DNA of 64,000 nucleotides from an uncultured bacterium (lineage in GTDB: Bacteria > Omnitrophota > Omnitrophia > Omnitrophales > Aquincolibacteriaceae). The position numbers were made by a program, and so were the translations under genes. Below, piece by piece: positions 55,510 through 64,000 of this stretch (the stretch's first letter is position 1; the number at the start of each line of letters is the position of its first letter). The DNA is taken from the NCBI GenBank assembly GCA_964482725.1, contig CAYZYT010000001.1, forward strand, positions 270,912 through 334,911. The letters run 5' to 3'. Under the pieces are notes generated by a model. It was not told the DNA's origin. It saw only the letters and a list, made by a program, of their open reading frames with translations, and made no database searches.

Positions 55510-56286
55510 TTAGAGCATCAACAAACTGATGGCGATCGTGAACATCCCCAGGATCACCCCGAGGATCACCAAGTGTCCGTAGCCATAACGATGCGCCATC
55601 GGCAGGATCTCGTCTAAAGAGATATAAACCATGATGCCGGCAATAAAAGCCGGGAGCGCCGCCATCAAGGCCGGCGTTAAAAAAGGCCCCAAAACCAAGA
55701 ACCCGATCACCGCGCCCAAAGGCTCGATCATCCCGGAAAGGAAAGAATAAAAGAAGGCCTTGTTCCGGTTCCCGGTCGCGTAAAAAAGCGGCACCGACAC
55801 GGTGATCCCCTCGATCACGTTATGGATCGCGATCGCGGAAGCCACGATCACACCGACCTTGAAGTTATTGAGGGTGGACACAAAAGTAACCAACCCTTCG
55901 GGGAAATTATGGATCCCGACCGCCACGGCGATAAAGATCCCCGCCCTTTTGAGGTGATGCGTCTCCGTTTCAACTTCCGTCGACGGCTCTTTAAAATGAT
56001 GCGGATTTTCGACCTCGGGGATCAAGTGGTCGATCAGATAAATGAAGAAGATGCCTGTAAAAAAAGCGGCCACGACCCAGAAACGGCTTGCGGTTTGAAG
56101 CGCAACCGGTAAAAGTTCCATGAACGAAATATAGAGCATCGCCCCGGAGGAAAACCCGAGAAAGAAAGACAGATAACTTGCCTTGGGTTTCCGGATGCAA
56201 TAAGCGATCAAGCTGCCGATGCCGGTGCAGAGACCGGCAAAAGTCGTCAATAAAAATGCCGCCGGGACATGTTCCAAGCTGATCAT
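55510..56286 (-). CDS. zupT: ZIP-family zinc transporter (ZupT-like)
   Basis: HNFPEGL and HNVIEGI motifs, 8 TM helices, 258 aa. Confidence 0.8.
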   Translation of the reverse strand: MISLEHVPAAFLLTTFAGLCTGIGSLIAYCIRKPKASYLSFFLGFSSGAMLYISFMELLPVALQTASRFWVVAAFFTGIFFIYLIDHLIPEVENPHHFKEPSTEVETETHHLKRAGIFIAVAVGIHNFPEGLVTFVSTLNNFKVGVIVASAIAIHNVIEGITVSVPLFYATGNRNKAFFYSFLSGMIEPLGAVIGFLVLGPFLTPALMAALPAFIAGIMVYISLDEILPMAHRYGYGHLVILGVILGMFTIAISLLML

Positions 56287-56287
56287 T

Positions 56288-57208
56288 TTAGGAGTTCCCG
56301 GACGACTGTTGTGACTCGCGCAAAAAACTTATATTGCTCTTCCAACCCGGGATGGGTTTGCACCAAAGCTCCAGAAAAACTTTCTTGCCAAGGAATCGTT
56401 CGATATCGAGGCGCGCGGCCGTGCCGATCTGTTTGATCTTCTCGCCACCCTTGCCGATCACGATCGCCTTCTGGGAATCCCGCTCGACCACGATCGTGGC
56501 GTGAATGCGGGTGATCCGTTCTTCTTCATTGAATTCATCGATCCGCACCGCCCCGTCGTAGGGAAGTTCCTCGCCCAGGAAGTGATACAGTTTTTCGCGG
56601 ATCATTTCCTGGACATGAAAGCGGACATTCTGGTCGGAAAGCTGATCCTCGGGATAAATAAATTCGCCCTTCGGAAGGTATTCCAACGCCTGATGGATCA
56701 AAACCTTAACATTTTCTCCGGTCTTCGCGCTGATCGGAATAAACTCTTTAAATGCGAACGCTTTTTGATAAGAATCCAGGGCAAGCAAAAGGTCGTCCTT
56801 GGGAAAACGGTCGATCTGATTGACCAAAAGAAATACGGGAATAGAAACATCCTGGACCCATTTCAGGATCGCGCGTTCCGCGTCGCCCATGGCTTTGGGA
56901 TAGACCATCCAGAAAAGAAGGTCCGCGTCCGAAAGCGATTGATGGACATCGCGCACCATGCCCTCGCCCAGGGCATCTTTCGGCTGATGGACCCCCGGCG
57001 TATCCAGGAAAACGATCTGCCCGCGATAGGGACTTTGCACGACGGCGCCGTCCGGAACGGTCAGGATCCCGCGAACCACATCGCGCGTCGTCTGCGGTTT
57101 GGCGGAAGTCCCGGCTAATTTCTCGCCCACCAGATAATTCAGAAGCGTGGATTTCCCGACGTTCGGCCTTCCGATGATCGCCACATGTCCTACTTTAGTC
57201 TCAGGCAT
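56288..57208 (-). CDS. era: GTPase Era
   Basis: G1 GRPNVGKST, G3 DTPG, KH domain C-terminus. Start at MPETKVGHVAIIG (ATG 57208) overlapping upstream gene stop by 8 bp; ORF-track start 57295 less likely. Confidence 0.85.
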   Translation of the reverse strand: MPETKVGHVAIIGRPNVGKSTLLNYLVGEKLAGTSAKPQTTRDVVRGILTVPDGAVVQSPYRGQIVFLDTPGVHQPKDALGEGMVRDVHQSLSDADLLFWMVYPKAMGDAERAILKWVQDVSIPVFLLVNQIDRFPKDDLLLALDSYQKAFAFKEFIPISAKTGENVKVLIHQALEYLPKGEFIYPEDQLSDQNVRFHVQEMIREKLYHFLGEELPYDGAVRIDEFNEEERITRIHATIVVERDSQKAIVIGKGGEKIKQIGTAARLDIERFLGKKVFLELWCKPIPGWKSNISFLRESQQSSGNS

Positions 57209-58415
57209 CCGTTTTGTCTCCCTGGGCTTCGGCGCTTGCTTTTTCTTTAGGCCTAAACGGTTCCACCAGAATCGCCCCAAGCTTGCCAAGTCCATGCGTC
57301 ACTTGCCCCGGCGTGCTCGCTGCGATCTTAACGGTTCCGGTGATACCCGCCTTGGTCTTCGAGAGCAAAGCCTTTTGGAGAGCTTTGGTGAAGGCGCTGT
57401 AAAATCGGAACTTGGGATCTTCGATATAACCATCTACTTTGATATTCAATTCCACAGCTTTCTGATCCTCGAGAAGAATTCGGATCGCGCTAAACGGATA
57501 TTTAAGAAGCTTCTGGGCCGCCGTCGGGGCCGCGAACGTCATCGACTTGAGCGTCAGTAAATGCTCCGACCGAAGGTCTCCTTCCACACACAGTAAATGG
57601 GACTTGATATCGTAGGTCCCGGTTTGCACTTCTCCGAGGATCGACGAAAGAAGGAAATCATATTCCGCCACGGAACCATCGGAAATTTGGATATTGACGT
57701 CAAAATTGTCTCCGTCCGCGAATTGACATTTTCCGCCCCCGGTGAAACGAGCAGGAGGATTCATTCCGAACGTGGCATCCACATAGATCGTTTCTGTAAA
57801 AGTCGGGCTGGTATAATCCGAAAGGAAATCAAAGCCAGTCCAATACCCCTTGATATGCTCAAAGATCCAGCGCCGTTCTTCGACATCGCGTCGGTCATCA
57901 AAAATGAGCGACCCTTTTTCAAGTTCCAAACGATCGATCCGAACACGCCACGAATCCTCGCCGACATTGTCCGGATGAGGCATCGCCCGCGGCGGGAGCG
58001 GCGGCCCGTCCACATCAAGCCCCATGTTGTGATACCAATGCGTCACATTGGTCCGCGACCCCTCAGGCGTCATGTAGCTCTCGATCGCGAATACGACTTC
58101 TTTAAAATGAGCTTTTCGGATCCGGATGAATTTGTTCTTAAGCACCCTGAGGTCCAGCTCGCACTCGATCCCTTTGCAGGTAAAATGGTCGCGCCTTTTG
58201 AACCCCGGGGGATTGAGGATCTCCAGCTTTCCAACACTCACGCGAGAAAAAAACGGGGAAATGCGCATCCCTTCGATGTGGACCGGCATGTCAAAAACCC
58301 GGGTCATCACTTTTTCTAAAAAGGGCTCAGCCGCCATCCCCAGGAGCCGGGCATGCACCATCCCAAGGATCCCCAGCCCGATCAAAATGAAAAAAAGAGG
58401 TCTTAACTTCTTCAT
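57201..58415 (-). CDS. membrane-anchored hypothetical protein (AsmA-like/DUF748-like; uncertain)
   Basis: Signal anchor MKKLRPLFFILIGLGILGMV; 404 aa. Operon position between AKR and era. Confidence 0.45.
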   Translation of the reverse strand: MKKLRPLFFILIGLGILGMVHARLLGMAAEPFLEKVMTRVFDMPVHIEGMRISPFFSRVSVGKLEILNPPGFKRRDHFTCKGIECELDLRVLKNKFIRIRKAHFKEVVFAIESYMTPEGSRTNVTHWYHNMGLDVDGPPLPPRAMPHPDNVGEDSWRVRIDRLELEKGSLIFDDRRDVEERRWIFEHIKGYWTGFDFLSDYTSPTFTETIYVDATFGMNPPARFTGGGKCQFADGDNFDVNIQISDGSVAEYDFLLSSILGEVQTGTYDIKSHLLCVEGDLRSEHLLTLKSMTFAAPTAAQKLLKYPFSAIRILLEDQKAVELNIKVDGYIEDPKFRFYSAFTKALQKALLSKTKAGITGTVKIAASTPGQVTHGLGKLGAILVEPFRPKEKASAEAQGDKTDA

Positions 58416-59428
58416 CGAGGATTCAACCCTTTCCGGAAGATCTCTTCTTGATTATAAATTTCTTTCAGGCGCACGATATCCTCCGGGCTCAACTCCGGCC
58501 GCGAAGAGGCCTCTCCATTCTGCATCACCTGCGCCCGGGTCTTCGCTCCGGCGATCACTGTCGAAACGGCCCCGAACGCAAGTGTGAATTCCAACGCCGC
58601 CTTCGCAAGGGGGGCGGTCCCGGAGCCCAGTGTTTTTTGGATCCACTGGATCTTTTGCCAATCGGCTTCCCTCTTTTCAGGGACCCAGCGACGGCGATGA
58701 TCATCTTTGGGAAACTCATGCGAGGGGGCATAATTTCCGCTCAAAAGTCCCGACGCCAGCGCTTCCCGGACGATCACCCCAACCTCTTTTTTCTCTGCTT
58801 CCGGAAGGACCTTCTCAGCCATGCGTTGATCCAATAAGTTGAAGATGATCTGGATCGCCTGGATCCGCGGGTCTTCGAGGGCCGCCAAAGCCTCCGCCTC
58901 CGTATGAACCGAGATCCCGATGAAACGGATCTTCCCTTCCTTCCGCAACCCTTCCAGGACGCTTACAAGATCCCCTTTTCGGATCAACTCGAGCGAAGGA
59001 TTATGAAGCTGAAAAAGATCGATCACATCCGTCCTGAGACGTTTGAGGCTTTGTTCGCACGCGAAGCGAATATACCCGGTATCAAAATTTTTCCTGTGCC
59101 CGGCGTGATTGAGCTTTTCAGGCGATCCTTGTAAAAGAGAAGCGGGTTTTTGGGACGACGCGTAAAAATCCCAGCCGCACTTTGTGGCCAAGGTCAAGCG
59201 GTCCCGGGGTCTGTCTTTCAGGAATTTCCCAAGAAGTGCTTCACTGTGCCCTTCTCCGTAGGTATCCGCCGTATCAAAAAAATTGACCCCGAAATCCCAG
59301 GCCGCCGCCAAAGCTTCGAGAGAATCTTTGTCGCGAACAGGACCGTAGGCGTTGCCTCCGATAGCCCAACAGCCGAAACCGATCTCGGAAACACGCAACC
59401 CGGTTTTCCCAAAACGGCGCTCTTTCAT
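58412..59428 (-). CDS. aldo/keto reductase family oxidoreductase
   Basis: MKERRFGKTGLRVSEIGFGCWAIGG...FFDTADTYG motifs. Start at 59428 preferred over 59449. Confidence 0.8.
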   Translation of the reverse strand: MKERRFGKTGLRVSEIGFGCWAIGGNAYGPVRDKDSLEALAAAWDFGVNFFDTADTYGEGHSEALLGKFLKDRPRDRLTLATKCGWDFYASSQKPASLLQGSPEKLNHAGHRKNFDTGYIRFACEQSLKRLRTDVIDLFQLHNPSLELIRKGDLVSVLEGLRKEGKIRFIGISVHTEAEALAALEDPRIQAIQIIFNLLDQRMAEKVLPEAEKKEVGVIVREALASGLLSGNYAPSHEFPKDDHRRRWVPEKREADWQKIQWIQKTLGSGTAPLAKAALEFTLAFGAVSTVIAGAKTRAQVMQNGEASSRPELSPEDIVRLKEIYNQEEIFRKGLNPR

Positions 59429-59566
59429 AGGGGCCCCAAAGGCTCCCATCCCGGGAACTTAGAAGAGGGCGTCATGATTCTCTCGGATCAAAATGCCGCG
59501 TCATCATGACAGCCCAAGTCGCCTTTATGAAAAGAGAGTAAAAACTTGGGCGGGATGATCGAACAT

Positions 59567-59896
59567 TTACTTGGGGAAAAGTTCGTCAATGGCTTTTTGG
59601 ATCTTATCCTGGGCCTGATAACCGACGAGCTGTTTTGCGACTTCTCCGTCCTTGAAGAAAATGACCGTGGGAATCCCCTGAACTCCGTATTTCTGAGGCG
59701 TGTTCGGATTCTCATCGACATTCATCTTTCCGACGACGAGACGGCCGGTGTTGGCTACCGCGATCTTTTCGATCACAGGCCCGAGCATCCGGCAGGGCCC
59801 GCACCACTCGGCCCAAAAATCGACCAGGACAGGTTGTTGGGATTGAAGCACTTCAGTCTGAAAATTAGAATCGGTAAGGGTTTTTTCCTTGCTCAT
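59567..59896 (-). CDS. trxA: thioredoxin
   Basis: WCGPC active site, 109 aa. Confidence 0.9.
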   Translation of the reverse strand: MSKEKTLTDSNFQTEVLQSQQPVLVDFWAEWCGPCRMLGPVIEKIAVANTGRLVVGKMNVDENPNTPQKYGVQGIPTVIFFKDGEVAKQLVGYQAQDKIQKAIDELFPK

Positions 59897-60099
59897 GGAA
59901 CAGCTCCTTATGGAAGATAGCGGTGACAGTCTTGTCGCAACGGAGCCGTCCCAATACGTATCCTCCCGCCGCTACAAAGGCGGGACGGGGCGGCACTCAT
60001 GACCCGTTATTTAAAAAATTAACGAGAATTAAGTGCCGTAATATACACCGAACACGAGTTTCTGTCCACAGGGGCCCAAGGACCTTTTTAAGGCGAGAA

Positions 60100-60471
60100 C
60101 TACTCGGGGCCGAGGATCTCCTCAATGGCCTGGAAAACCTGATCCACGAATGGTTTTCGGATCACCTTCACGGCGCCGGCCTTCCGCGCAAACGCCTCAA
60201 GTTGCGTCTCCTGCGAAGCGGTAAAGAGGACCACCGGAATAGGTTCGGTCTCTTTTGTCGCCTTGAGGCGACGGCAGATCTCGAAGCCGTCCATGCCCGG
60301 CATCACAATGTCCAGCAAAACAAGATCCGGACGCCACGTGCTCGCTTTTTCAAGGGCGCTGACACCTTCCGTTGCGATCTCAACCTTAAACCCCCGCGAC
60401 TCGACACGTTTCTTCAAAAGCGTCACCACCACGGGCTCATCATCCACGATCAAAATCTTTTTAACGGTCAT
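60100..60471 (-). CDS. single-domain response regulator (CheY-like REC)
   Basis: ILIVDDEP...DLVLLDIVMPGMDGFE...VLFTAS; 123 aa. Overlaps upstream CHASE2-GGDEF gene by 4 bp. Confidence 0.8.
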   Translation of the reverse strand: MTVKKILIVDDEPVVVTLLKKRVESRGFKVEIATEGVSALEKASTWRPDLVLLDIVMPGMDGFEICRRLKATKETEPIPVVLFTASQETQLEAFARKAGAVKVIRKPFVDQVFQAIEEILGPE

Positions 60472-62258
60472 GCTTCTTCCCTCTGGGTGGGAGTTTCTTC
60501 GTTAACGTCTTTTTCAACACAAACCCTGTTCCGGCCCTCGGTCTTCGCGCGATAGAGGGCTTCATCCGAGCGAAGGACCATCAGATCGGGGACTGTTTCT
60601 CCGGGCCTCAAAGTCGCCGCCCCGATGCTCACCGTCAGTGAGATCTTGACGCCTTCATAGCTAAAAGAGTTCTGTTCGAGCTGCCGGCGGATCTTTTCCG
60701 CATGGTTAAATGCCGCATCGATCAGATGACATTTCTTAAACATCACGATGAACTCTTCACCGCCGTAACGTCCCACGGCCGTCATCTCTCCCCCGCCCTC
60801 TTCCGTCTGGGTCATAAGCCGGAGATTCTCGGCAACATATTTAAGGGCTACGTCCCCGGCCACGTGGCCGTATTTATCGTTGATCTTTTTAAAGAAATCC
60901 AGATCCAGAAGAATAATCGAAAGGGGTTGCTGTTTTTTATGAGCTTCCACGACCGCATCGTTAAGCAGGGTCCGGAAATGGCGGATGACATAAAGCCCGG
61001 TCAGACCATCGCGTGTCGCCAAAGTGAAAAGACGCGCCTGCTCGCGCTTGCCGATCGTGATCGAAAAAACCGCCGAAAAAACGAAAAGCGAGAAGATCAT
61101 AAGGATCGGATTGACCACATAGATCCACATCCCTCGATCCACAAAAAGCCAGAAGGCGAAAAAAAACCATAAAAATCCGAATCCCAAACCCACCACGAGA
61201 GAAAGGACCTGCCTCGAGAAAAGGAAGAAAAAAGAAAGCACGAGTCCGATCACCAAAAGCGCGATCCTGTTCCACCGTGGGGCGACGGGCCGCGCGAACT
61301 GTTTCATAAGAATGCTGTTCATAATATTGGTCTGCACCCCGACCGCCGGGTAGGTTTCTTCCATCGGATTCGACTTGATATCCGTAAGCCCAAGGGCTGT
61401 AAGACCGATCACGCAGATCTTGCCTTTGACCTTGTCCGGAGTGATGACCGGTGTCCGCCCTTCACGAATCGCTGCATAGCTTTTGATCACATCCAAAAAA
61501 GAATAATGCTGGAAAGAATCCTTCCATCTTCCCGCCCAATTGATAAAGAACCTTCCTTCCTGGTCCGTGGGAATGGAGAGCTTCGCCTTCATGATGTCCT
61601 TACCAAGATAATCAAACGCCACTTTAGCGCCGAGATAAGGATAAGTCTCTCCGTTATAGGAAAGCAGGGGCATCACCCGGCGGATCGTTCCGTCCCGATC
61701 CGGAAAAATGTTCACATGCCCGATCCCTTTTGCAAAGCGTTCGAACTCAGGCATCGCATGGATCCAAGAACTCTTCCCGCTCTGAGACTCCAACATCACC
61801 GGTAAATAAACATTTCCAGCCTCCTCAATGGCTTGGCTAAAAGCCTCATCATCAAAGGTCGTGCTGGACTCACTAAAGATCACGTCGAAAACGATCTCCT
61901 TGGCACCCCATTCATGAAGAATATGCACCAAGGCAGCATGATTGTACCTTGGCCAGGGCCAGCGGCCGAACACCTGGAGGCTATCCTCCGCCATATCGAT
62001 ATGAACGATCGCCGGATGCATCGCGACCGGAGGCCTTTGCCGGAAGAAGAAGTCGATAAAAACGTTCTCGAAGCGATCCATGAGAGGCGTATTCATCACA
62101 AGCAGGTGGAAGAGAATAATCACAAGACAGCAGCTGAAGTGGGTCAGATGTAAGCGGAAGGTCGTGCTGAGATAAAAAGCCACCTGGCGCTGTTTACGCC
62201 TGAAAAAGCTGTCGGGGGTCTGCACCAGCCCGGCCGGTGGATTCTTTAAAGGGGTCAT
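60468..62258 (-). CDS. CHASE2 sensor domain diguanylate cyclase (GGDEF)
   Basis: CHASE2 hallmarks (VHIDMAEDSL..GRWPWPR), TM helices, GGDEF domain with RYGGEEF signature. Start probably MTPLKN (about 62258); ORF-track start 62339 possible. Confidence 0.8.
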   Translation of the reverse strand: MTPLKNPPAGLVQTPDSFFRRKQRQVAFYLSTTFRLHLTHFSCCLVIILFHLLVMNTPLMDRFENVFIDFFFRQRPPVAMHPAIVHIDMAEDSLQVFGRWPWPRYNHAALVHILHEWGAKEIVFDVIFSESSTTFDDEAFSQAIEEAGNVYLPVMLESQSGKSSWIHAMPEFERFAKGIGHVNIFPDRDGTIRRVMPLLSYNGETYPYLGAKVAFDYLGKDIMKAKLSIPTDQEGRFFINWAGRWKDSFQHYSFLDVIKSYAAIREGRTPVITPDKVKGKICVIGLTALGLTDIKSNPMEETYPAVGVQTNIMNSILMKQFARPVAPRWNRIALLVIGLVLSFFFLFSRQVLSLVVGLGFGFLWFFFAFWLFVDRGMWIYVVNPILMIFSLFVFSAVFSITIGKREQARLFTLATRDGLTGLYVIRHFRTLLNDAVVEAHKKQQPLSIILLDLDFFKKINDKYGHVAGDVALKYVAENLRLMTQTEEGGGEMTAVGRYGGEEFIVMFKKCHLIDAAFNHAEKIRRQLEQNSFSYEGVKISLTVSIGAATLRPGETVPDLMVLRSDEALYRAKTEGRNRVCVEKDVNEETPTQREEA

Positions 62259-62536
62259 AGTGTTCTTCTCAGGTCCTGTTTGAAAGCTCTTCTCTACTGC
62301 GTTACTATTAATTCTACGGGCTCGCAGCACAGCCCCCATTTCCGCGGCGCCAAACTTGACGCGTATTGGGACTGTACCGTTAACCCACCCCTACAATTGA
62401 ATAGAGAACGTTACTGTACAGTTTCGGAATCCCTCGAGGGAAACTTTAAGCCTATCCTTGTCTAAAATTGAATCGCTAAAAAGGCTGACAAGGCTCGCCC
62501 CATTTCCCGTTTCTCTTCAAGGGGTAAGGCCGGGGA

Positions 62537-63205
62537 CTATTTCCCGGATCTTTTCAGCATGACTTTACCCGCCGAAGGACACAGCCCCCGGATCTCACAG
62601 GATCTACAATCCGCCCGGCGGGAAAAACAACGCCTACGGCCATGCTGGATGATGAGATGCGAATAGCGCGTCCAATCCTTTGGGGGCACTAACCCCGTGA
62701 GATCGTATTCGATCTTCGCGGGATCGGTGTGGCGCGTTAACCCCAACAAACGATTGATGCGGATCATGTGCGTGTCCACCGCGAGACCCGGGATGCCAAA
62801 CGCATTTCCCAAGACAACATGGGCCGTCTTCCGGCCCACGCCCGGGAGCGTGATGAGATCTTCCATGCGCGCCGGAACTTTTCCCCCGAATTTTTCAACA
62901 ACCGCTTTTGCCGCCCCCAGAATATTCTTCGCCTTATTTCTAAAAAAACCCGTACTGCGAACGATCGCCTCGATCTCGCCGGCATCCGCAACCGCAAAGG
63001 CATGCACGCCCTGATATTTTTTAAAAAGAGCCGGGGTAACTTGGTTCACGAGCCTGTCTGTGCATTGGGCGGAAAGAACGGTCGCCACCAAAAGCTCCCA
63101 TGGGGTTGAATAATGAAGGGCGCAACGGGCATCCGGATAGGCTCTGCGCAGTCTGCGAATAATGGCTTGCACACGTTTCGTTTTGATTTGAAGTGTTTCT
63201 CTCAT
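62537..63205 (-). CDS. nth: endonuclease III
   Basis: HhH-GPD motif LPGVGRKTAHVVL, catalytic region, C-terminal 4Fe-4S cysteines CxxxxxxCxxCxxxxxC. Start at MRETLQIK preferred over 63256. Confidence 0.8.
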   Translation of the reverse strand: MRETLQIKTKRVQAIIRRLRRAYPDARCALHYSTPWELLVATVLSAQCTDRLVNQVTPALFKKYQGVHAFAVADAGEIEAIVRSTGFFRNKAKNILGAAKAVVEKFGGKVPARMEDLITLPGVGRKTAHVVLGNAFGIPGLAVDTHMIRINRLLGLTRHTDPAKIEYDLTGLVPPKDWTRYSHLIIQHGRRRCFSRRADCRSCEIRGLCPSAGKVMLKRSGK

Positions 63206-63217
63206 AAGGAATCGTAG

Positions 63218-63291
63218 ATCGTATGTCGTATGTAGCATGTCGCAGATTGAACACATCGTTTGACGACATACGACATACTACATACGCACCC
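63218..63291. other. imperfect inverted repeat (cgtatgtcgtatgtagcatgtcg ... cgacatacgacatactacatacg) in nth 5' region
   Basis: Read directly: arms of ~24 nt built from catacg/cgtatg motifs separated by ~22 nt. Confidence 0.3.
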
Positions 63292-63358
63292 CGACGTTGT
63301 CATCCGCATTGTCCTTCACTTCTATTTCCAGTATACTTCGCCTCTAGGGAGAATTTTT

Positions 63359-64000
63359 ATGGCAAAAATGAAGGCGGTTGTTTTTAAAAGACACGGGTCC
63401 ACGGCGGAACTGGAAGAGACCTATGTGCCGATCCCGGAACTCGGGAAAAAAGATGTCCTGGTCAAAGTGAAGGCCTGCGCGCTGAACCATTTGGATCTTT
63501 GGGTGCTCGCGGGCATGCCCGGCGTCAAGGTCAGCATGCCGCATATTCTCGGCAGCGATATTGCGGGCGAGGTCGTCGAAAAGGGAAAGAAAGCTCACGG
63601 CATCCCCCTTCATAAACCCGTGATCGTTGCCCCCGGGATTTCCTGCGGGAAATGCGCTTACTGCAAATCAGGCTGGGACAGCCTTTGCGCCAAGTATGAG
63701 ATCATCGGATTTCAGAATAACGGGGGTTACGCGGAATACGTTAAAGTCCCTGCCCGGAACATTATCCCCGTCATCGGAAATCTCGGCATGGAATCCTGGG
63801 CCGCCGTACCGCTTGTATTCCTGACGGCGTGGCACATCCTCGTAACACGGGCTGCGCTTCAGAGAAAAGAAACGGTGCTCATCCAGGCCGGCGGAAGCGG
63901 GATCGGCAGCGCGGCGATCCAGATCTCGAAACTCCTGGGGGCCCGGGTGATCACCACGGTGGGAAGCGAAGAAAAAGTCAAACGCGCCAAGGCGCTCGGC
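63359..64000 (+). CDS. zinc-type alcohol dehydrogenase / medium-chain dehydrogenase-reductase family protein (5' part; 3' end outside window)
   Basis: Own translation from ATG 63359: MAKMKAVVFKRHGS...ACALNHLDLW...GSDIAGEVV...CGKCAYCKSG...GGSGIGSAAIQ. GroES-like and Rossmann motifs. Confidence 0.75.
   Translation, partial: MAKMKAVVFKRHGSTAELEETYVPIPELGKKDVLVKVKACALNHLDLWVLAGMPGVKVSMPHILGSDIAGEVVEKGKKAHGIPLHKPVIVAPGISCGKCAYCKSGWDSLCAKYEIIGFQNNGGYAEYVKVPARNIIPVIGNLGMESWAAVPLVFLTAWHILVTRAALQRKETVLIQAGGSGIGSAAIQISKLLGARVITTVGSEEKVKRAKALG

Noticed and set aside
53898-55529. 543-aa + strand ORF antisense to prfC
   Set aside because: prfC on the minus strand has unmistakable GTPase motifs. The + ORF is Arg/Pro/His-rich low-complexity sequence typical of antisense frames in GC-rich DNA.

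Overview
This 64 kb window looks like a chromosomal segment from a moderately GC-rich, probably diderm (Gram-negative-type) bacterium. Evidence for a diderm host: outer-membrane beta-barrel proteins, a giant autotransporter and type IV minor pilins. I call about 60 protein-coding genes and see no rRNA, tRNA or CRISPR. Recognisable housekeeping genes are interspersed throughout: trpB2-type tryptophan synthase beta, long-form ispH, prfC, era, zupT, trxA, efp, htpX, nth, queD, a PPi-type phosphofructokinase, ferredoxin and an enolase-superfamily epimerase. Signalling genes are dense: two CHASE2 sensors (one with an adenylate/guanylate cyclase output, one with a GGDEF output plus a CheY-like receiver), a GAF histidine kinase, a CYTH protein, a HAMP sensor fragment, and a tandem array of four paralogous receiver/pseudo-receiver proteins. 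The most unusual content is:
1. A CHASE2-cyclase gene convergent with an operon encoding a TPR + beta-barrel outer-membrane protein and two secreted FecR-domain proteins.
2. The four tandem receiver paralogs, carrying a gene-conversion tract, located directly downstream of a stand-alone AddB-like Fe-S PD-(D/E)XK nuclease.
3. A 7.7 kb autotransporter gene embedded in three different interspersed repeat families: tandem 56-bp hairpin units, a ~66-bp bipartite palindromic MITE-like element, and an 11-bp simple-sequence repeat in its promoter region.
4. An insertion hotspot where a ~140 bp direct duplication flanks a cassette (strong promoter, RHH-like gene, truncated PIN-like gene, DUF1016 PDDEXK nuclease gene and a remnant of a further DUF1016 copy). 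A second DUF1016 gene sits elsewhere next to a 690 bp repeat-rich non-coding region.
Several intergenic regions carry conspicuous nested hairpins, including a three-stem element between trpB2 and the CHASE2 cyclase. All functional calls rest on recognising conserved motifs by eye; no database searches were possible.
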